Sequence record: NC_093711.1
Length of the DNA: 41,519 nt
Reading direction: 5' to 3' (one strand)
Source: a phage
Positions 1 through 9,756 of this stretch are shown here, piece after piece. The notes under the pieces are model-generated. The model saw only the letters and a list, made by a program, of their open reading frames with translations, was not told the origin of the DNA and did no database searches. A program made the translations under genes and the position numbers. Within the stretch, counting starts at the first letter, position 1. Every line of letters starts with the position of its first letter.

Positions 1-2184
1 TTAAAGGNGTTNTANATGGCGTANNCCATNTACCCCCATGGCGACAGGTATTGTACGGTTAGGAGTTGCTCCGTATTTGAAATCACGTGATACGTACGGG
101 TGGTCTTCAATCTTTATCCGGTAGCTATATAAGTCAGCCGGATGCCCATCATGTTTGTACCATAACTTCGCACTGTTATCCCCTATGCTCCAGGGAGAGA
201 AGAAGTCTTCCCCACCAAAGATATAGTACAACCAGCCATCTTTAACACAGACCGAGCCGACGCCGACATTAGTGTTAACGATATGACCCTGGTATATTTG
301 GTCGGTAATATTAAACCACTGAACATCATCTAAAGATGAAGGCCAGGACGACACATTAACTTTGCACATAAAGGTCCGCGGATACGAACCTTCATAGCGG
401 CTGTCCTGCTCGCCACCTTCCCACTCACCAAAGGCACGTTCTGTACCAAAGATGTAGAGATAGTCACCTACTTTAGCGAACGGAAGATTGGAGTGATGTA
501 CATTGTTCGGAAATCGCAAGTAGCTCCAGTTTTGCCCAGAATCGGTGCTCATCGCCAGTGTAGAGCCAGGGGAAGTAGGTAATGTGCCGCGTGTGGTAAG
601 GTATAACACACCACCATAACTTTTCACGCACGGCTCAGAAGCGTTATCAGCGTATGCCTGGGCGACAGTGCGACGAACGAATACGCCGGGATTGTCATAC
701 ACGTTACTAAAATACAAGACACCGAGACGCCGAGGGGACACATCGCCGTTGTGATAGCCGACAGCGATAGTGTAGTTAACATCATCTATAACCGCAAAAC
801 TATGTGTCTCCGTGACACACAAATCAGCGTTAGTGGAGTATGCTACCTCAGGCAATTCGGTAATTTCCCACGGGCTGTCCCAGAATCGCGTTGCGAAGTT
901 CCAGGTAACACCCGCATTGTTTATGGTGGAACTCGCCGGGCTTGAGAGCGTAACAGTGAACGTATTTCGGTTAATTATAGACGAAACCGTCATATTACCC
1001 GATACGCCAGTTGCCGATGTATTAGAGAAGTTAACCGCATCTCCTGCTTTTAGGCCATGATTTTCTATGACAATGGTAGCAGTAGTGGAGCCAGAACTAA
1101 TAGTTATTCCGCCGGTTGGGTGTCTAAAATACGGCATTGGGCGTGACCAAAGTTCTGCCTTCTTCATCCGCATATTAGATAAGTAGCGGGTTTCTATAAC
1201 TGCATATAATCGGTTGCCGCACGTACCCATGCTCATGCAGTGGTAGTTAACTCTGTCCGCGGAAACACTAGCATTATAGTCAGCATGGATTGGGGTCAAC
1301 CACTCAGGCATTGACCAAGTCTGCCCGTCGTCACCAGAGCGAACCCAAGCTACATGTAAGTTTTGAACGCCATGTCGTTCGCCTGCCATAAACGGAGCGT
1401 AAATAACATTGTCGTAGACGAAAGTTTTATCCTGCGTCCATGCGTTGTAGAACGGGGTATCCGTCACCTTAGTTAGTGAGCTGTTAAAGAAGCCATCAGC
1501 TACATAAGTAAGCGGTTGCCCGGCTACGCGCTCGTAAACGAATGCAGCATTCTTAAATTTACTAATGTCGGGTAATTGGGAAACTTTATAAGTCAAGCCC
1601 CTGCCGTCTATAATCCAATTGTTGGGTGAAGCGGCTAATACATTAAAAATAGATTGGGTATCATCAGTTACGCCGTCGCCCACGGCGCCCCATGCGCGCG
1701 GGTCGTATTCGTCCTTCCATCGCGCCACATGTAAATCTGGGTACAGAATTGCGCCGTTCGCATTAGATATTTGCTGCCTCAGTACGACCGACCCGGCGCG
1801 TTGCCAGGCCCCTTCGGACACGCCTCCTGTAGACTGCGGAGAAGATGACGCCGGGATAGTTTTTGGCAGAGCGCCCAACCAATAGTACCAATCCCCGTCA
1901 CCGCCAGAGGACGACGGCCACAAAACTGCGGTGTTTCGGTCGTTAGCGGATAGTGTACCGCCTGACGTGAAATCAAAATCTGCCAGTTTAAAACCAGCAT
2001 CACGCAACACGGCAGGTAACGTCTTCTGGGTCTGTCCAGTAACCTGATTTGTCGCGTAATCAATATCGGCACCACCGGCGACACCGCCGGATTTGCCAGT
2101 GATAACCTCGGCCTCGAAAATCTGATGTTTCTTGGCGGTTTGTAAATCCGCCAGGCTTAAAACGTCACCGCATCCGCTTGACAT
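1..2184 (-). CDS. tailspike / receptor-binding protein with sialidase-like beta-propeller domain
   Basis: 727-aa ORF. Two Asp-box (BNR) motifs S-x-D-x-G-x-T/N-W (SGDDGQTW, STDSGQNW), typical of sialidase-fold glycosidases. Last gene of the tail cluster. Ambiguous bases (n) at positions 8-30 fall in the C-terminal codons. Confidence 0.6.
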   Translation of the reverse strand: MSSGCGDVLSLADLQTAKKHQIFEAEVITGKSGGVAGGADIDYATNQVTGQTQKTLPAVLRDAGFKLADFDFTSGGTLSANDRNTAVLWPSSSGGDGDWYYWLGALPKTIPASSSPQSTGGVSEGAWQRAGSVVLRQQISNANGAILYPDLHVARWKDEYDPRAWGAVGDGVTDDTQSIFNVLAASPNNWIIDGRGLTYKVSQLPDISKFKNAAFVYERVAGQPLTYVADGFFNSSLTKVTDTPFYNAWTQDKTFVYDNVIYAPFMAGERHGVQNLHVAWVRSGDDGQTWSMPEWLTPIHADYNASVSADRVNYHCMSMGTCGNRLYAVIETRYLSNMRMKKAELWSRPMPYFRHPTGGITISSGSTTATIVIENHGLKAGDAVNFSNTSATGVSGNMTVSSIINRNTFTVTLSSPASSTINNAGVTWNFATRFWDSPWEITELPEVAYSTNADLCVTETHSFAVIDDVNYTIAVGYHNGDVSPRRLGVLYFSNVYDNPGVFVRRTVAQAYADNASEPCVKSYGGVLYLTTRGTLPTSPGSTLAMSTDSGQNWSYLRFPNNVHHSNLPFAKVGDYLYIFGTERAFGEWEGGEQDSRYEGSYPRTFMCKVNVSSWPSSLDDVQWFNITDQIYQGHIVNTNVGVGSVCVKDGWLYYIFGGEDFFSPWSIGDNSAKLWYKHDGHPADLYSYRIKIEDHPYVSRDFKYGATPNRTIPVAMGVXXXRHXXXL

Positions 2185-2196
2185 ATAGAGTCCTCT

Positions 2197-4752
2197 TTAA
2201 TTAAAACCATTGCTGAATCCGTCGGAGAAACCGCTGCCGTATGGCGCGACGCCGTCGTATTTGTAGAATCCGTCGTCATAGTTGTAGCCAGTAATCTTGA
2301 CCGTGCGGTCGTCGCCAGGGTCGATTGAAGAAACAACTATCTTCTGAGCATTATGCCTTGCTTCGTTGCCGAATGAAAACTCAGTTTTTAGTGCGCTATT
2401 CCCCGTGTAGATTGCTTCTTCCGGCGCGGAGAGCATAATCACTTCGCGGTCGTGGCTTCCTTTGATAACGGAGATACTCTGTACAGAGCCATCGCGCTTC
2501 TTGAGGATGATGGAGTGGTCATCACCCGGAGTAAACGTAACCGGCTGTGACAGTGTCAGCGTAAGCCCATTAACGGCAGCAACATAGCCGTCCTGTGGCG
2601 CAATACGCGAGCCTTTAACTACGCTGATTACACCGCCTGGAGTAGCGAGCGCACCTTCTTCGGTAGCTTCAAACTCTACGACAACTTTACTTAACGCATT
2701 GCGCTGATAGCGACGCCACGCCAGCCAATACGCCTGCTGATAGTTACGTACGCCCTTCGATTCGTATTCCTCTGTATTTGCCCCGAGTTCTTCCGGGATA
2801 TAAATCGTTTCCTGTACATTAGTATCCGGGTCGATGTACGAGAACGACAGGCTATCGTAGGTCGTAGAATCGTTGAACGTGCGGGTCCATTTCTCCGTAC
2901 CGGTCGTCTTACTACGGTGGGTGAACACCATTTCAGGCCCTGCAACCGGACGGTCGAAACGCAGCATAATGTCCGCGCCTTTACGGTACGCAGTACAGAA
3001 CACGGCTTCAGCTATGGTCTGAACAATGTCCTGCATCGTCGTGTCGTAGTCGTCGAACGTGTAGCAGAATTGCCCGGCTAATTCGCTGCCAAAATAAGAT
3101 TCAATCTCTTCCTGCACGGCGAGTAACTTGTCCATGTTTGCCGTTGTCAGCTCCAGATTACCAACCGCCGGGTCACGCGCCAGTCTGATTAGCGACTGCA
3201 CCGCCTGTGTATTAGGCGTCATTACTGGGTCGAATACCCCATTACCCAGATATTTGTAGCACATCTCGGTCGCAATCATGCGCAGTTCTGGGTTGTCGAT
3301 ACTGGCGGCACGCGGCGTCTGTTTACGTGCGCAATGCACGGTAGTTCGGTTGCCGTAGTGTGGGGTTGTGTCCAGCGACTGCCCGTACAGGTTGATGAAG
3401 GTTATCTCGTCGCTTACTGTACCGTTGTAGTCCTTATCAAAATTCGTTATACGGCGCATACGGGCGCGGAAACGCGATGCAGTAGGCAATTGCCCGTAGA
3501 TAGACGTACCGACGTAATCCGTGCTATTACCGGTAATTGTAGCCTGTACTGTGTAAATATCGCTCAATGGGTTGCGCCGAGAGTCAATCATCTGGTACTG
3601 GAGTTCTACCGTTACGCCGGTGCGATTATAGCCGCCGTCGTATTTGTAGAGGCCGTTCTGCCCGGCAACGTTAGCAAGTACTCGGTCAACTTCTCCGCGC
3701 ACCATGTAATACCAGTCCGTAAGAGATACGTCATAGGTGTTGCTCGGGCCGATAAACGTATCCGAACGCTCTGTTAGGGCGTACGTTTGCCCGCTGGTCA
3801 ACGCTGCCCAGTTAGACGCGCCGTTTACGGCTAATCTCACTTCGAAGTCGTCAACGTATAAAACCTCAAACGAACCATTCAGGTTAGTCACATCGGCAAC
3901 GTCGAAGTTGCTCAGAACCGCGACATCCCCGACGCTAAGAAACTCAGAAAAAGCAGAGTCCCCTGACGGGTCATAAATGTAGCCGGTGTTTGAAATACGT
4001 TTAGCTGTGCCGTCGGCGCTTGGGTTAGCTCCAATGTCGTTTGGCGCTTTCAGTACAATACCGTCAACGTCGTCGTTAGAGTACGTCACATAGAGTTTCT
4101 GGTCGATGACGTCGCCGATTTGTAGTTGCGGCGATGTGGTGTTGTTCGGTGACGTATACGGCGCGTATACGGCAACAGAGGAACCTGTGATGTCGCTTAT
4201 CAGGGTGTCGCCCTCTGTGACGCCATCAGCCTCAATATGCAGATGTCCGCGCCCTGCGTCATAGTACGAATACTCCAGCAAAGCACCAGTGGAGTTGAAC
4301 GCCTTATACGTCTGCATCAGGTCGTTAGGGATTGTCTGCACAGTCCCGCAGATGTCATAAGAGCGCTCGTAAGGACGCGGCTTGTTTGAGCGGTCGGTAA
4401 GGCTGTTATTTGGCGATGTTGTCTGGTTGTTAGTCGCCGTATAGTTGGCGTTTGCGGACATGTTCAGGCCAAACAACTTAGCGATTGGCTTAAGGATAAA
4501 ACCGAATACCTTACTAACTGCACCAAGCGCCCCGCTACCCGCACCCTCAATAATATGGTACACGGCGTCTTCGTCTTTAAGCGCTTCGAAGTCGTCTGTA
4601 ACATCAGTATCATCGCCAATCTCGCCGAGGTAGACGCGCACCGGCACGCCGTCCGGGATACGGTTAACGACAAACTCCATCGGCATCCCGACGTGTTTTG
4701 TACGGTCGAAAGCGCCATCAGCGTTTCGCGTGTAGTGCAGGATTATCGCCAA
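2197..4752 (-). CDS. tail tip / central fibre protein (lambda gpJ-like host specificity protein)
   Basis: 851-aa ORF immediately after gpK/L/M-like genes and the tape measure gene, in lambda-like order. Assignment by size and position only. Confidence 0.5.
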   Translation of the reverse strand: MAIILHYTRNADGAFDRTKHVGMPMEFVVNRIPDGVPVRVYLGEIGDDTDVTDDFEALKDEDAVYHIIEGAGSGALGAVSKVFGFILKPIAKLFGLNMSANANYTATNNQTTSPNNSLTDRSNKPRPYERSYDICGTVQTIPNDLMQTYKAFNSTGALLEYSYYDAGRGHLHIEADGVTEGDTLISDITGSSVAVYAPYTSPNNTTSPQLQIGDVIDQKLYVTYSNDDVDGIVLKAPNDIGANPSADGTAKRISNTGYIYDPSGDSAFSEFLSVGDVAVLSNFDVADVTNLNGSFEVLYVDDFEVRLAVNGASNWAALTSGQTYALTERSDTFIGPSNTYDVSLTDWYYMVRGEVDRVLANVAGQNGLYKYDGGYNRTGVTVELQYQMIDSRRNPLSDIYTVQATITGNSTDYVGTSIYGQLPTASRFRARMRRITNFDKDYNGTVSDEITFINLYGQSLDTTPHYGNRTTVHCARKQTPRAASIDNPELRMIATEMCYKYLGNGVFDPVMTPNTQAVQSLIRLARDPAVGNLELTTANMDKLLAVQEEIESYFGSELAGQFCYTFDDYDTTMQDIVQTIAEAVFCTAYRKGADIMLRFDRPVAGPEMVFTHRSKTTGTEKWTRTFNDSTTYDSLSFSYIDPDTNVQETIYIPEELGANTEEYESKGVRNYQQAYWLAWRRYQRNALSKVVVEFEATEEGALATPGGVISVVKGSRIAPQDGYVAAVNGLTLTLSQPVTFTPGDDHSIILKKRDGSVQSISVIKGSHDREVIMLSAPEEAIYTGNSALKTEFSFGNEARHNAQKIVVSSIDPGDDRTVKITGYNYDDGFYKYDGVAPYGSGFSDGFSNGFN

Positions 4753-5108
4753 AATTCAATCTCCGTGTACGTGTCTCTGAGGTCCGCCAGCCTGTCAAGC
4801 CGTACCTGACGTGAAGCAAGTTCGCAATGGCTAACCATCCCGTCGAAGTAAACTCCCGCGTGCCACACAATACGACCGCCACGGCGATACCCCATAAGCA
4901 CCGCACAGAAGTTTTCAGGCTTATCAATTTTCGTAAGCCCCTTCGTGTTGCGGTGGCCTTCGTCAAACGCGTCGTTAATTGCCGTTGGGCTTGTAACGTC
5001 GAACGCCGGGGTTTCTAACCCGGCATCCGCGCGGACAATGCGCACGTGATGCCAGCAATTGCGCTTGCGAAAGTCGTAAGGTATGCCCGTGTAGTCGTTA
5101 ATATTCAT
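4743..5108 (-). CDS. tail assembly protein, NlpC/P60-like (lambda gpK-like)
   Basis: 121-aa ORF with Cys/His pattern (NCWHH...H...HC) and position between gpL-like and gpJ-like genes. Confidence 0.4.
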   Translation of the reverse strand: MNINDYTGIPYDFRKRNCWHHVRIVRADAGLETPAFDVTSPTAINDAFDEGHRNTKGLTKIDKPENFCAVLMGYRRGGRIVWHAGVYFDGMVSHCELASRQVRLDRLADLRDTYTEIEFWR

Positions 5109-5635
5109 GTGGTCAACAGGCCGCGCAATAACGGTATCTCTTTAGGTGTCATCAGTATACCAGTGCTCCGTTGGTTCAGCATAGGTGTACCGACATCTGC
5201 GGAGAACTCGCCTTTCTCCTGGTTGATAGCCTGTAACTCGTACACGACCGGGCCGTCCGCCGGATAAGACAGGTCGGTACTGACATAACGGCGGAAGACG
5301 AATTTCGGCAACTCGGTGTTACTCATCGGGATTTTATCCATCTCATCATCCAGTTGATTGAGAATATCCGGTAGAGTAAACGTGGTAGTCTGGTCCATAT
5401 CACTGTTGTTAGCAGCCCCCGACGCTTCCATCGGGGTGGGTTCGAATGTGATAGTTTCGCCGGTTTCCAGTGTCGCCGTAAGTTCCTGCAGCCCGCGCAC
5501 AAGATAGTACGTCTTCGACAGCAACGGGTGGCTGATTTGCAACGTTACGTAGTCCATCTCGCCGTCTGGATTTGATGCCAACTTACGGCGATAGGCAGCT
5601 TCTACTGATTCCTGGCTCATTGCATCGGGTCCCAA
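5105..5635 (-). CDS. minor tail protein (gpL-like)
   Basis: 176-aa ORF, coupled to neighbours in the tail tip cluster. Positional assignment. Confidence 0.4.
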   Translation of the reverse strand: MGPDAMSQESVEAAYRRKLASNPDGEMDYVTLQISHPLLSKTYYLVRGLQELTATLETGETITFEPTPMEASGAANNSDMDQTTTFTLPDILNQLDDEMDKIPMSNTELPKFVFRRYVSTDLSYPADGPVVYELQAINQEKGEFSADVGTPMLNQRSTGILMTPKEIPLLRGLLTT

Positions 5636-6117
5636 ATTCGTGGAAACGTTGATTGTGCAGTTCCGTAGGCTTTAAGGAAACACCCCAGCCCGTCACCATA
5701 GCAACCGTACAAATCCGGCAGATTGTTAATCAGGCACTGGTTCTCGAGGTCCTGGAACGGTGATTTCTCAGCGGTTGCCGTGAAGGTAATTGTCCAGTTA
5801 ATCCCGTCTTCGGTAGACTCGGCGATGGTTGACGTGATTGTTACCTGGTAGTCCTCAATACCCATGCCGAAGTCGTGCGCCATCCAGAAACTTGACGCAC
5901 CGCCGTCTACTTTTTCGAGAAACGACAGAAACGCCTGTCGGCCCATTGCGGATGTAATCAGGGTTACGCTTATCGGGAACACGTCGTAATACGTGTCGCG
6001 CCCCTGACGTACACCGCCACCAGCTAAATCAACGCTCCAGACGTTGTTGCGTCTGGTCATTGAGTATCCTTTTGATACGATAGGCTTAAGGCTACGTGGG
6101 AAATATAAGTCGCTCAT
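5617..6117 (-). CDS. minor tail protein (gpM-like)
   Basis: 166-aa ORF directly downstream of the tape measure gene. Positional assignment. Confidence 0.4.
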   Translation of the reverse strand: MSDLYFPRSLKPIVSKGYSMTRRNNVWSVDLAGGGVRQGRDTYYDVFPISVTLITSAMGRQAFLSFLEKVDGGASSFWMAHDFGMGIEDYQVTITSTIAESTEDGINWTITFTATAEKSPFQDLENQCLINNLPDLYGCYGDGLGCFLKAYGTAQSTFPRIWDPMQ

Positions 6118-8444
6118 TATTTAAACCCCGGCGCGTTTCTTGTGGCCTTGCGAGCCTTGCTAATCTTACTGTTGCTGTTCTGCAAAGACGCGGCAACCTG
6201 TTCTTCAATGATGATACGCAAACGGCCCTCATCATCTTGCTCAGTGGATACGTTGCCGATTTGAGAACTCGTGTTGTTTACGATAGTAACATTGGACGGT
6301 CCGGAAGAAGACCCGTTTTGCCCCATAATTTCTTTCATCTGCTGCGCGGTGCGCACACGCGATGCGCCAGCGGGCATGATAACTTCGGGTTTACCGCGTT
6401 CTGCGATGGTGGAAGCCTGCCCTGCGGATAACTGTCCCCCCTGTTCACGCGCGGACCTGATAGCGGAAATCTGCGCCATACCCGCCCCAACGGCAGCGGC
6501 AGCGGCTACGGGGGCCAGGAACGGGCCAACTACAGGGATAGCCGCCGTTGACTTGTACGCCTCGATAGCTGCGGTGTACGTGGCTATAGTGGCCTGTACG
6601 ATAGCGAATGCCTTGTACGCGCCAGAAGCCTCACCCAACGCAGACCCGATGTTTGAGGCCATGTTGCCAAAGGCCGTTGCCGTTGCGTCGGCACGTTTCG
6701 TGGCGTACTGCTCGTTGATGGCGTTAAGCGCGGCCTGATACTGCGTCTCACTAATAAGCCCCTGCTCACGGTACTTATCCGCGACCGCCAGTTTCTGCTG
6801 TTCCTGGATGTCTAGAAGCTCAAGCTCAGTGGCATTCTGGCCCATAATCTGAGCCATGAAGTCGTCGCCTTTCTGCTGCTTCTCCTGGGCTTCTTTTCTT
6901 TTCTTATCCAGTTCTTCCTGTCTGGCCTGCTCGGCTGTGAGCATAATTTGAGTTTTGGCGTTTTCGTATTGCTGCTGGCTTATCGTTCCTGCGCGGTTGA
7001 ACTCTTCAAGTTTCGCCAGTTTCTGTTCTTCTGCCGCTGTAATACGTGAAATTTCGTCTCCGGTTGTGCGGTCGACAGTAGCCAGGAAATCTTCCGCCGC
7101 TTTTTTCTGACGTTGTGCCGCCGTTTCTTCACGTTTGGCCTGCGCCGCCAGACGTTTCTCGTTAGATTTAGCCTCGCGGTCTGCCTTCTCTTTCTCGGTC
7201 TTGTCAATGCGGGCGATGTCTTGCTGCGCTTCCGCGTCACGGGCGGCGTTATACGCGGCTATCTGTTCTTTGGTGACAGCTTCACGTTTAGCAAACGCCT
7301 GCTTATCCAGTTCAGCTTGCGCCTGGATACGCTCACGGTCGCTTAAGATGGCGATTTGCTGGTTTTTGACGATAGCTTCGTTCTGTTCCTGGAATCTCTG
7401 CGTGGTTGAGTTGACGTTACGGCCGAGATTCTTTTGGGCCTCCGCCACCGCGTTTGCCGACTTCTCCGCGTTCTCCAGTGCCGTGGCGTTCTTGTTGGCG
7501 TTGTCAGTCAGGCGGATAAGTTCCGGGTTCAACTGTTTTGTATTACCTAGCCAGTCAGTAAACACATCGGCGATACGGCGTGCATTCTCGGCGGTTGGCT
7601 CTTTGTTAAACGCGCTCTGCGCCGCTATCATCTCCAGCGCCCGGTCGCGGTTAACCCCAAACTTACTGCTAAGCTCTGCGATATTCTGCGCCAGCATGTT
7701 GACACCTACGATGTTGCCTTCGTAAGTGCCGCCGAGTTTTTCTAATGTGTCGCCTACATCCGCGCCCTTAGATACCAGTGCATCGTACTGGCTGATCGCC
7801 GATGCCGTGGAGGCTTTCCATGTTTCCCACGATTCTGCGTCCTCACGAACGGCTTTAGCTGTTTGCTGTGCGATAAGGTCAGCGTTAGCCTTAGCCAAAG
7901 CAAGCTGAGTCTCCGCCGCTTCTCTGCTGATTTGGGTAAGCTGGATAAGGCCGTCTGTCAGTTCAAGAGAACCGGATGCCGTTTGCTGGAAAGTATCTTT
8001 TAACTGTTTCTGTGCGGCTTCGAGGTCTTTTGAACTCCCCTCCGCCTCTGTTAGCGACTTGTACAGGACCCCGCCGATTGCGGACGCAAGAGCAATTACA
8101 GCCCCAAGCACCGCACCACCTGGGCCGAAGGCACCCGCAAGCTGCGAACCTTGTTGCCCGATTGCTACGAATGCGGACGTACCAGATTGCAACTGGACAA
8201 CCATGTCCTGCACCTGGAAGCCTACCTGCCCGGCGGCGTTACGGAACTTGGCAAAACCATCGGACGCGGCTTTAGAAGTAGCTGTGTTAGCTTTATTAAC
8301 ATCCGGCGTTAGTTTGTTTACAGATGTGTCCGCTCGGTCTGCGGATGCCGCCATAGCGTCAAGCTGTTTGGCAGCGACGTCAGCCCCTTCAGTTTTTACT
8401 CTGGCGATTAGGGAAGCCGTATCAGCCATCTTCTCTGCCCTCAA
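6117..8444 (-). CDS. tail tape measure protein
   Basis: 775-aa ORF with Ala/Gln/Lys-rich helical composition and a Gly-rich hydrophobic segment (GAFGPGGAVLGAVIALASAIGG). Lies downstream of the chaperone pair. Confidence 0.85.
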   Translation of the reverse strand: MRAEKMADTASLIARVKTEGADVAAKQLDAMAASADRADTSVNKLTPDVNKANTATSKAASDGFAKFRNAAGQVGFQVQDMVVQLQSGTSAFVAIGQQGSQLAGAFGPGGAVLGAVIALASAIGGVLYKSLTEAEGSSKDLEAAQKQLKDTFQQTASGSLELTDGLIQLTQISREAAETQLALAKANADLIAQQTAKAVREDAESWETWKASTASAISQYDALVSKGADVGDTLEKLGGTYEGNIVGVNMLAQNIAELSSKFGVNRDRALEMIAAQSAFNKEPTAENARRIADVFTDWLGNTKQLNPELIRLTDNANKNATALENAEKSANAVAEAQKNLGRNVNSTTQRFQEQNEAIVKNQQIAILSDRERIQAQAELDKQAFAKREAVTKEQIAAYNAARDAEAQQDIARIDKTEKEKADREAKSNEKRLAAQAKREETAAQRQKKAAEDFLATVDRTTGDEISRITAAEEQKLAKLEEFNRAGTISQQQYENAKTQIMLTAEQARQEELDKKRKEAQEKQQKGDDFMAQIMGQNATELELLDIQEQQKLAVADKYREQGLISETQYQAALNAINEQYATKRADATATAFGNMASNIGSALGEASGAYKAFAIVQATIATYTAAIEAYKSTAAIPVVGPFLAPVAAAAAVGAGMAQISAIRSAREQGGQLSAGQASTIAERGKPEVIMPAGASRVRTAQQMKEIMGQNGSSSGPSNVTIVNNTSSQIGNVSTEQDDEGRLRIIIEEQVAASLQNSNSKISKARKATRNAPGFK

Positions 8445-8808
8445 ATATTCCGTCTAAGCCCATGATAACCTCGGCTTCGAACAAACTTATGCCGTAACCG
8501 GCGACATCACGAAACGCTACCAAATCTTGCCATTTGAGCGCGTCGCGCGGGATTATAACGATAGTATCATCTGTTTCGCGCTGTAGGAATTTAATGGCAC
8601 GGTATTTCTCGAACACATCGATAAGAGAAACGGGGCATTCTGGCCCCGTCGCTTCTTTCATCTGCGGTTCTTTAATCACGCCCATTGCAATCAAAGCCGC
8701 CTGGTGGCCCGCCGCGATGTCGTCAAATTGCTTACGCTTATGGCGGTCAACAAAACACCATTGCGCAAATTCATACAGCGCTTTTACTTTTCCGAGAGTT
8801 TCTCGCGG
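8422..8808 (-). CDS. tail assembly chaperone extension (T-like part of a putative G/GT -1 frameshift product)
   Basis: This frame is open from about 8808 to 8422 and is -1 relative to the upstream chaperone gene, overlapping its last ~25 nt. No ATG or Shine-Dalgarno is present; the ORF track starts it at a TTG (8694). Overlaps the tape measure start. Confidence 0.4.
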   Translation of the reverse strand, partial: PRETLGKVKALYEFAQWCFVDRHKRKQFDDIAAGHQAALIAMGVIKEPQMKEATGPECPVSLIDVFEKYRAIKFLQRETDDTIVIIPRDALKWQDLVAFRDVAGYGISLFEAEVIMGLDGIFEGREDG

Positions 8809-9200
8809 CTATCGGTGTGGTGCTTAACTACGGCTTCTGCCAGTCCGCTGTACTGGTCGAACAGGTTAGCCAGCGCCTCTTTGCTGAACGGCTCATCGAA
8901 TGACCAACCGGTGACGATTTCCACGGCAAGCTGCTTGTTCAGGTCCATCACCCGCCAGCCCTTCTCGTCGTTATAGCGCGCCCAGTTATTCAGCGCCTCA
9001 CACTCTTTATCTAATGGCGCGAGTTCTTCCGTAAGGCGTCTAATTGCCGTTGTGTAGGCGCGGCCTGCACGAACACCTGCATCACAATCAGGGCCTATGA
9101 CCTGCAACCATTCGCCGGAGTCTTTACCGCTCGGCAGAAGGATAGGCATTTTAGTACCAGCAGCGTGGCGGTCAGCAAAATAAAAATCAGAAAGTTTCAT
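8784..9200 (-). CDS. tail assembly chaperone (G-like)
   Basis: 138-aa ORF between the major tail protein region and the tape measure gene, followed by an overlapping -1 frame ORF. Confidence 0.55.
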   Translation of the reverse strand: MKLSDFYFADRHAAGTKMPILLPSGKDSGEWLQVIGPDCDAGVRAGRAYTTAIRRLTEELAPLDKECEALNNWARYNDEKGWRVMDLNKQLAVEIVTGWSFDEPFSKEALANLFDQYSGLAEAVVKHHTDSREKLSEK

Positions 9201-9307
9201 TCTTTAATCCTTTGGTTAAGAGGTTACGGGTTAAGGTTAATGCGCCAGACGGGAACCACCCGCTTTTCGTGTGCGACACTAGGCGCAAACTTATTCTAGC
9301 ACACTAC

Positions 9308-9337
9308 TTGCACACCCCAATATAATAGGGTACTATT
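9308..9337 (+). promoter_or_regulatory. sigma70-like promoter TTGCAC-N17-TACTAT with palindromic operator AATAG-N4-CTATT (9324-9337)
   Basis: -35 TTGCAC at 9308-9313, -10 TACTAT at 9331-9336. The palindrome overlaps the -10. About 30 nt upstream of the 9365 start with a GAGGG Shine-Dalgarno. Confidence 0.5.
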
Positions 9338-9364
9338 CACCTGTAACTTACTGAGGGAACAATT

Positions 9365-9691
9365 ATGCGTAAATTAGTATTAGCTCTGGGGCTTATGTCT
9401 TTTGCTACTTTTGGGGCCCCGTGCGAACAGGTATTTAGTGAATCTGTTCTTATGACTTCTGGTGTGCTTGAGAAAGCCGACCCTACTATTGTAAAGGCAT
9501 TTAAGGACTCTACAGTTCGCGAGTGTGAGGCCGCCGTAGAGGTTGGTAAATCGGGCCTACCCCCGCAAGCCGTAACCTACACGGTAATACGTTCTGTAGA
9601 GAAAAACGGAGATGCATTCTACAGCCTACTGACAGCCACACGTCTGCAAATGGTAATGACCGGATGGGCAATAGGTGCAGAAAGTAAATAG
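9365..9691 (+). CDS. secreted (periplasmic) protein, unknown function
   Basis: 108-aa ORF with an N-terminal signal peptide (MRKLVLALGLMSFATFGAP). Not a canonical lipobox (Pro at -1). First gene of the plus-strand insert. Confidence 0.6.
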   Translation: MRKLVLALGLMSFATFGAPCEQVFSESVLMTSGVLEKADPTIVKAFKDSTVRECEAAVEVGKSGLPPQAVTYTVIRSVEKNGDAFYSLLTATRLQMVMTGWAIGAESK

Positions 9692-9756
9692 TCGCCTTTA
9701 TTTAAAGGAATGCACTGTGGTTAAATAGGACAAATCCTAAACACGAGGAAGTAAGC

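Noticed and set aside
1-30. Ambiguous bases (n) at positions 8, 12, 15, 24, 25 and 30
   Set aside because: Sequence-quality issue at the window start, not a biological feature; it only blurs the last few tailspike codons.
6096-8457. Several plus-strand ORFs (e.g. 6271-6738, 7135-7725, 7976-8275, 8059-8457) overlapping the tape measure gene
   Set aside because: Antisense to a long, well-supported minus-strand gene; low-complexity Ala/Ser/Arg-rich translations typical of antisense frames; no Shine-Dalgarno context.
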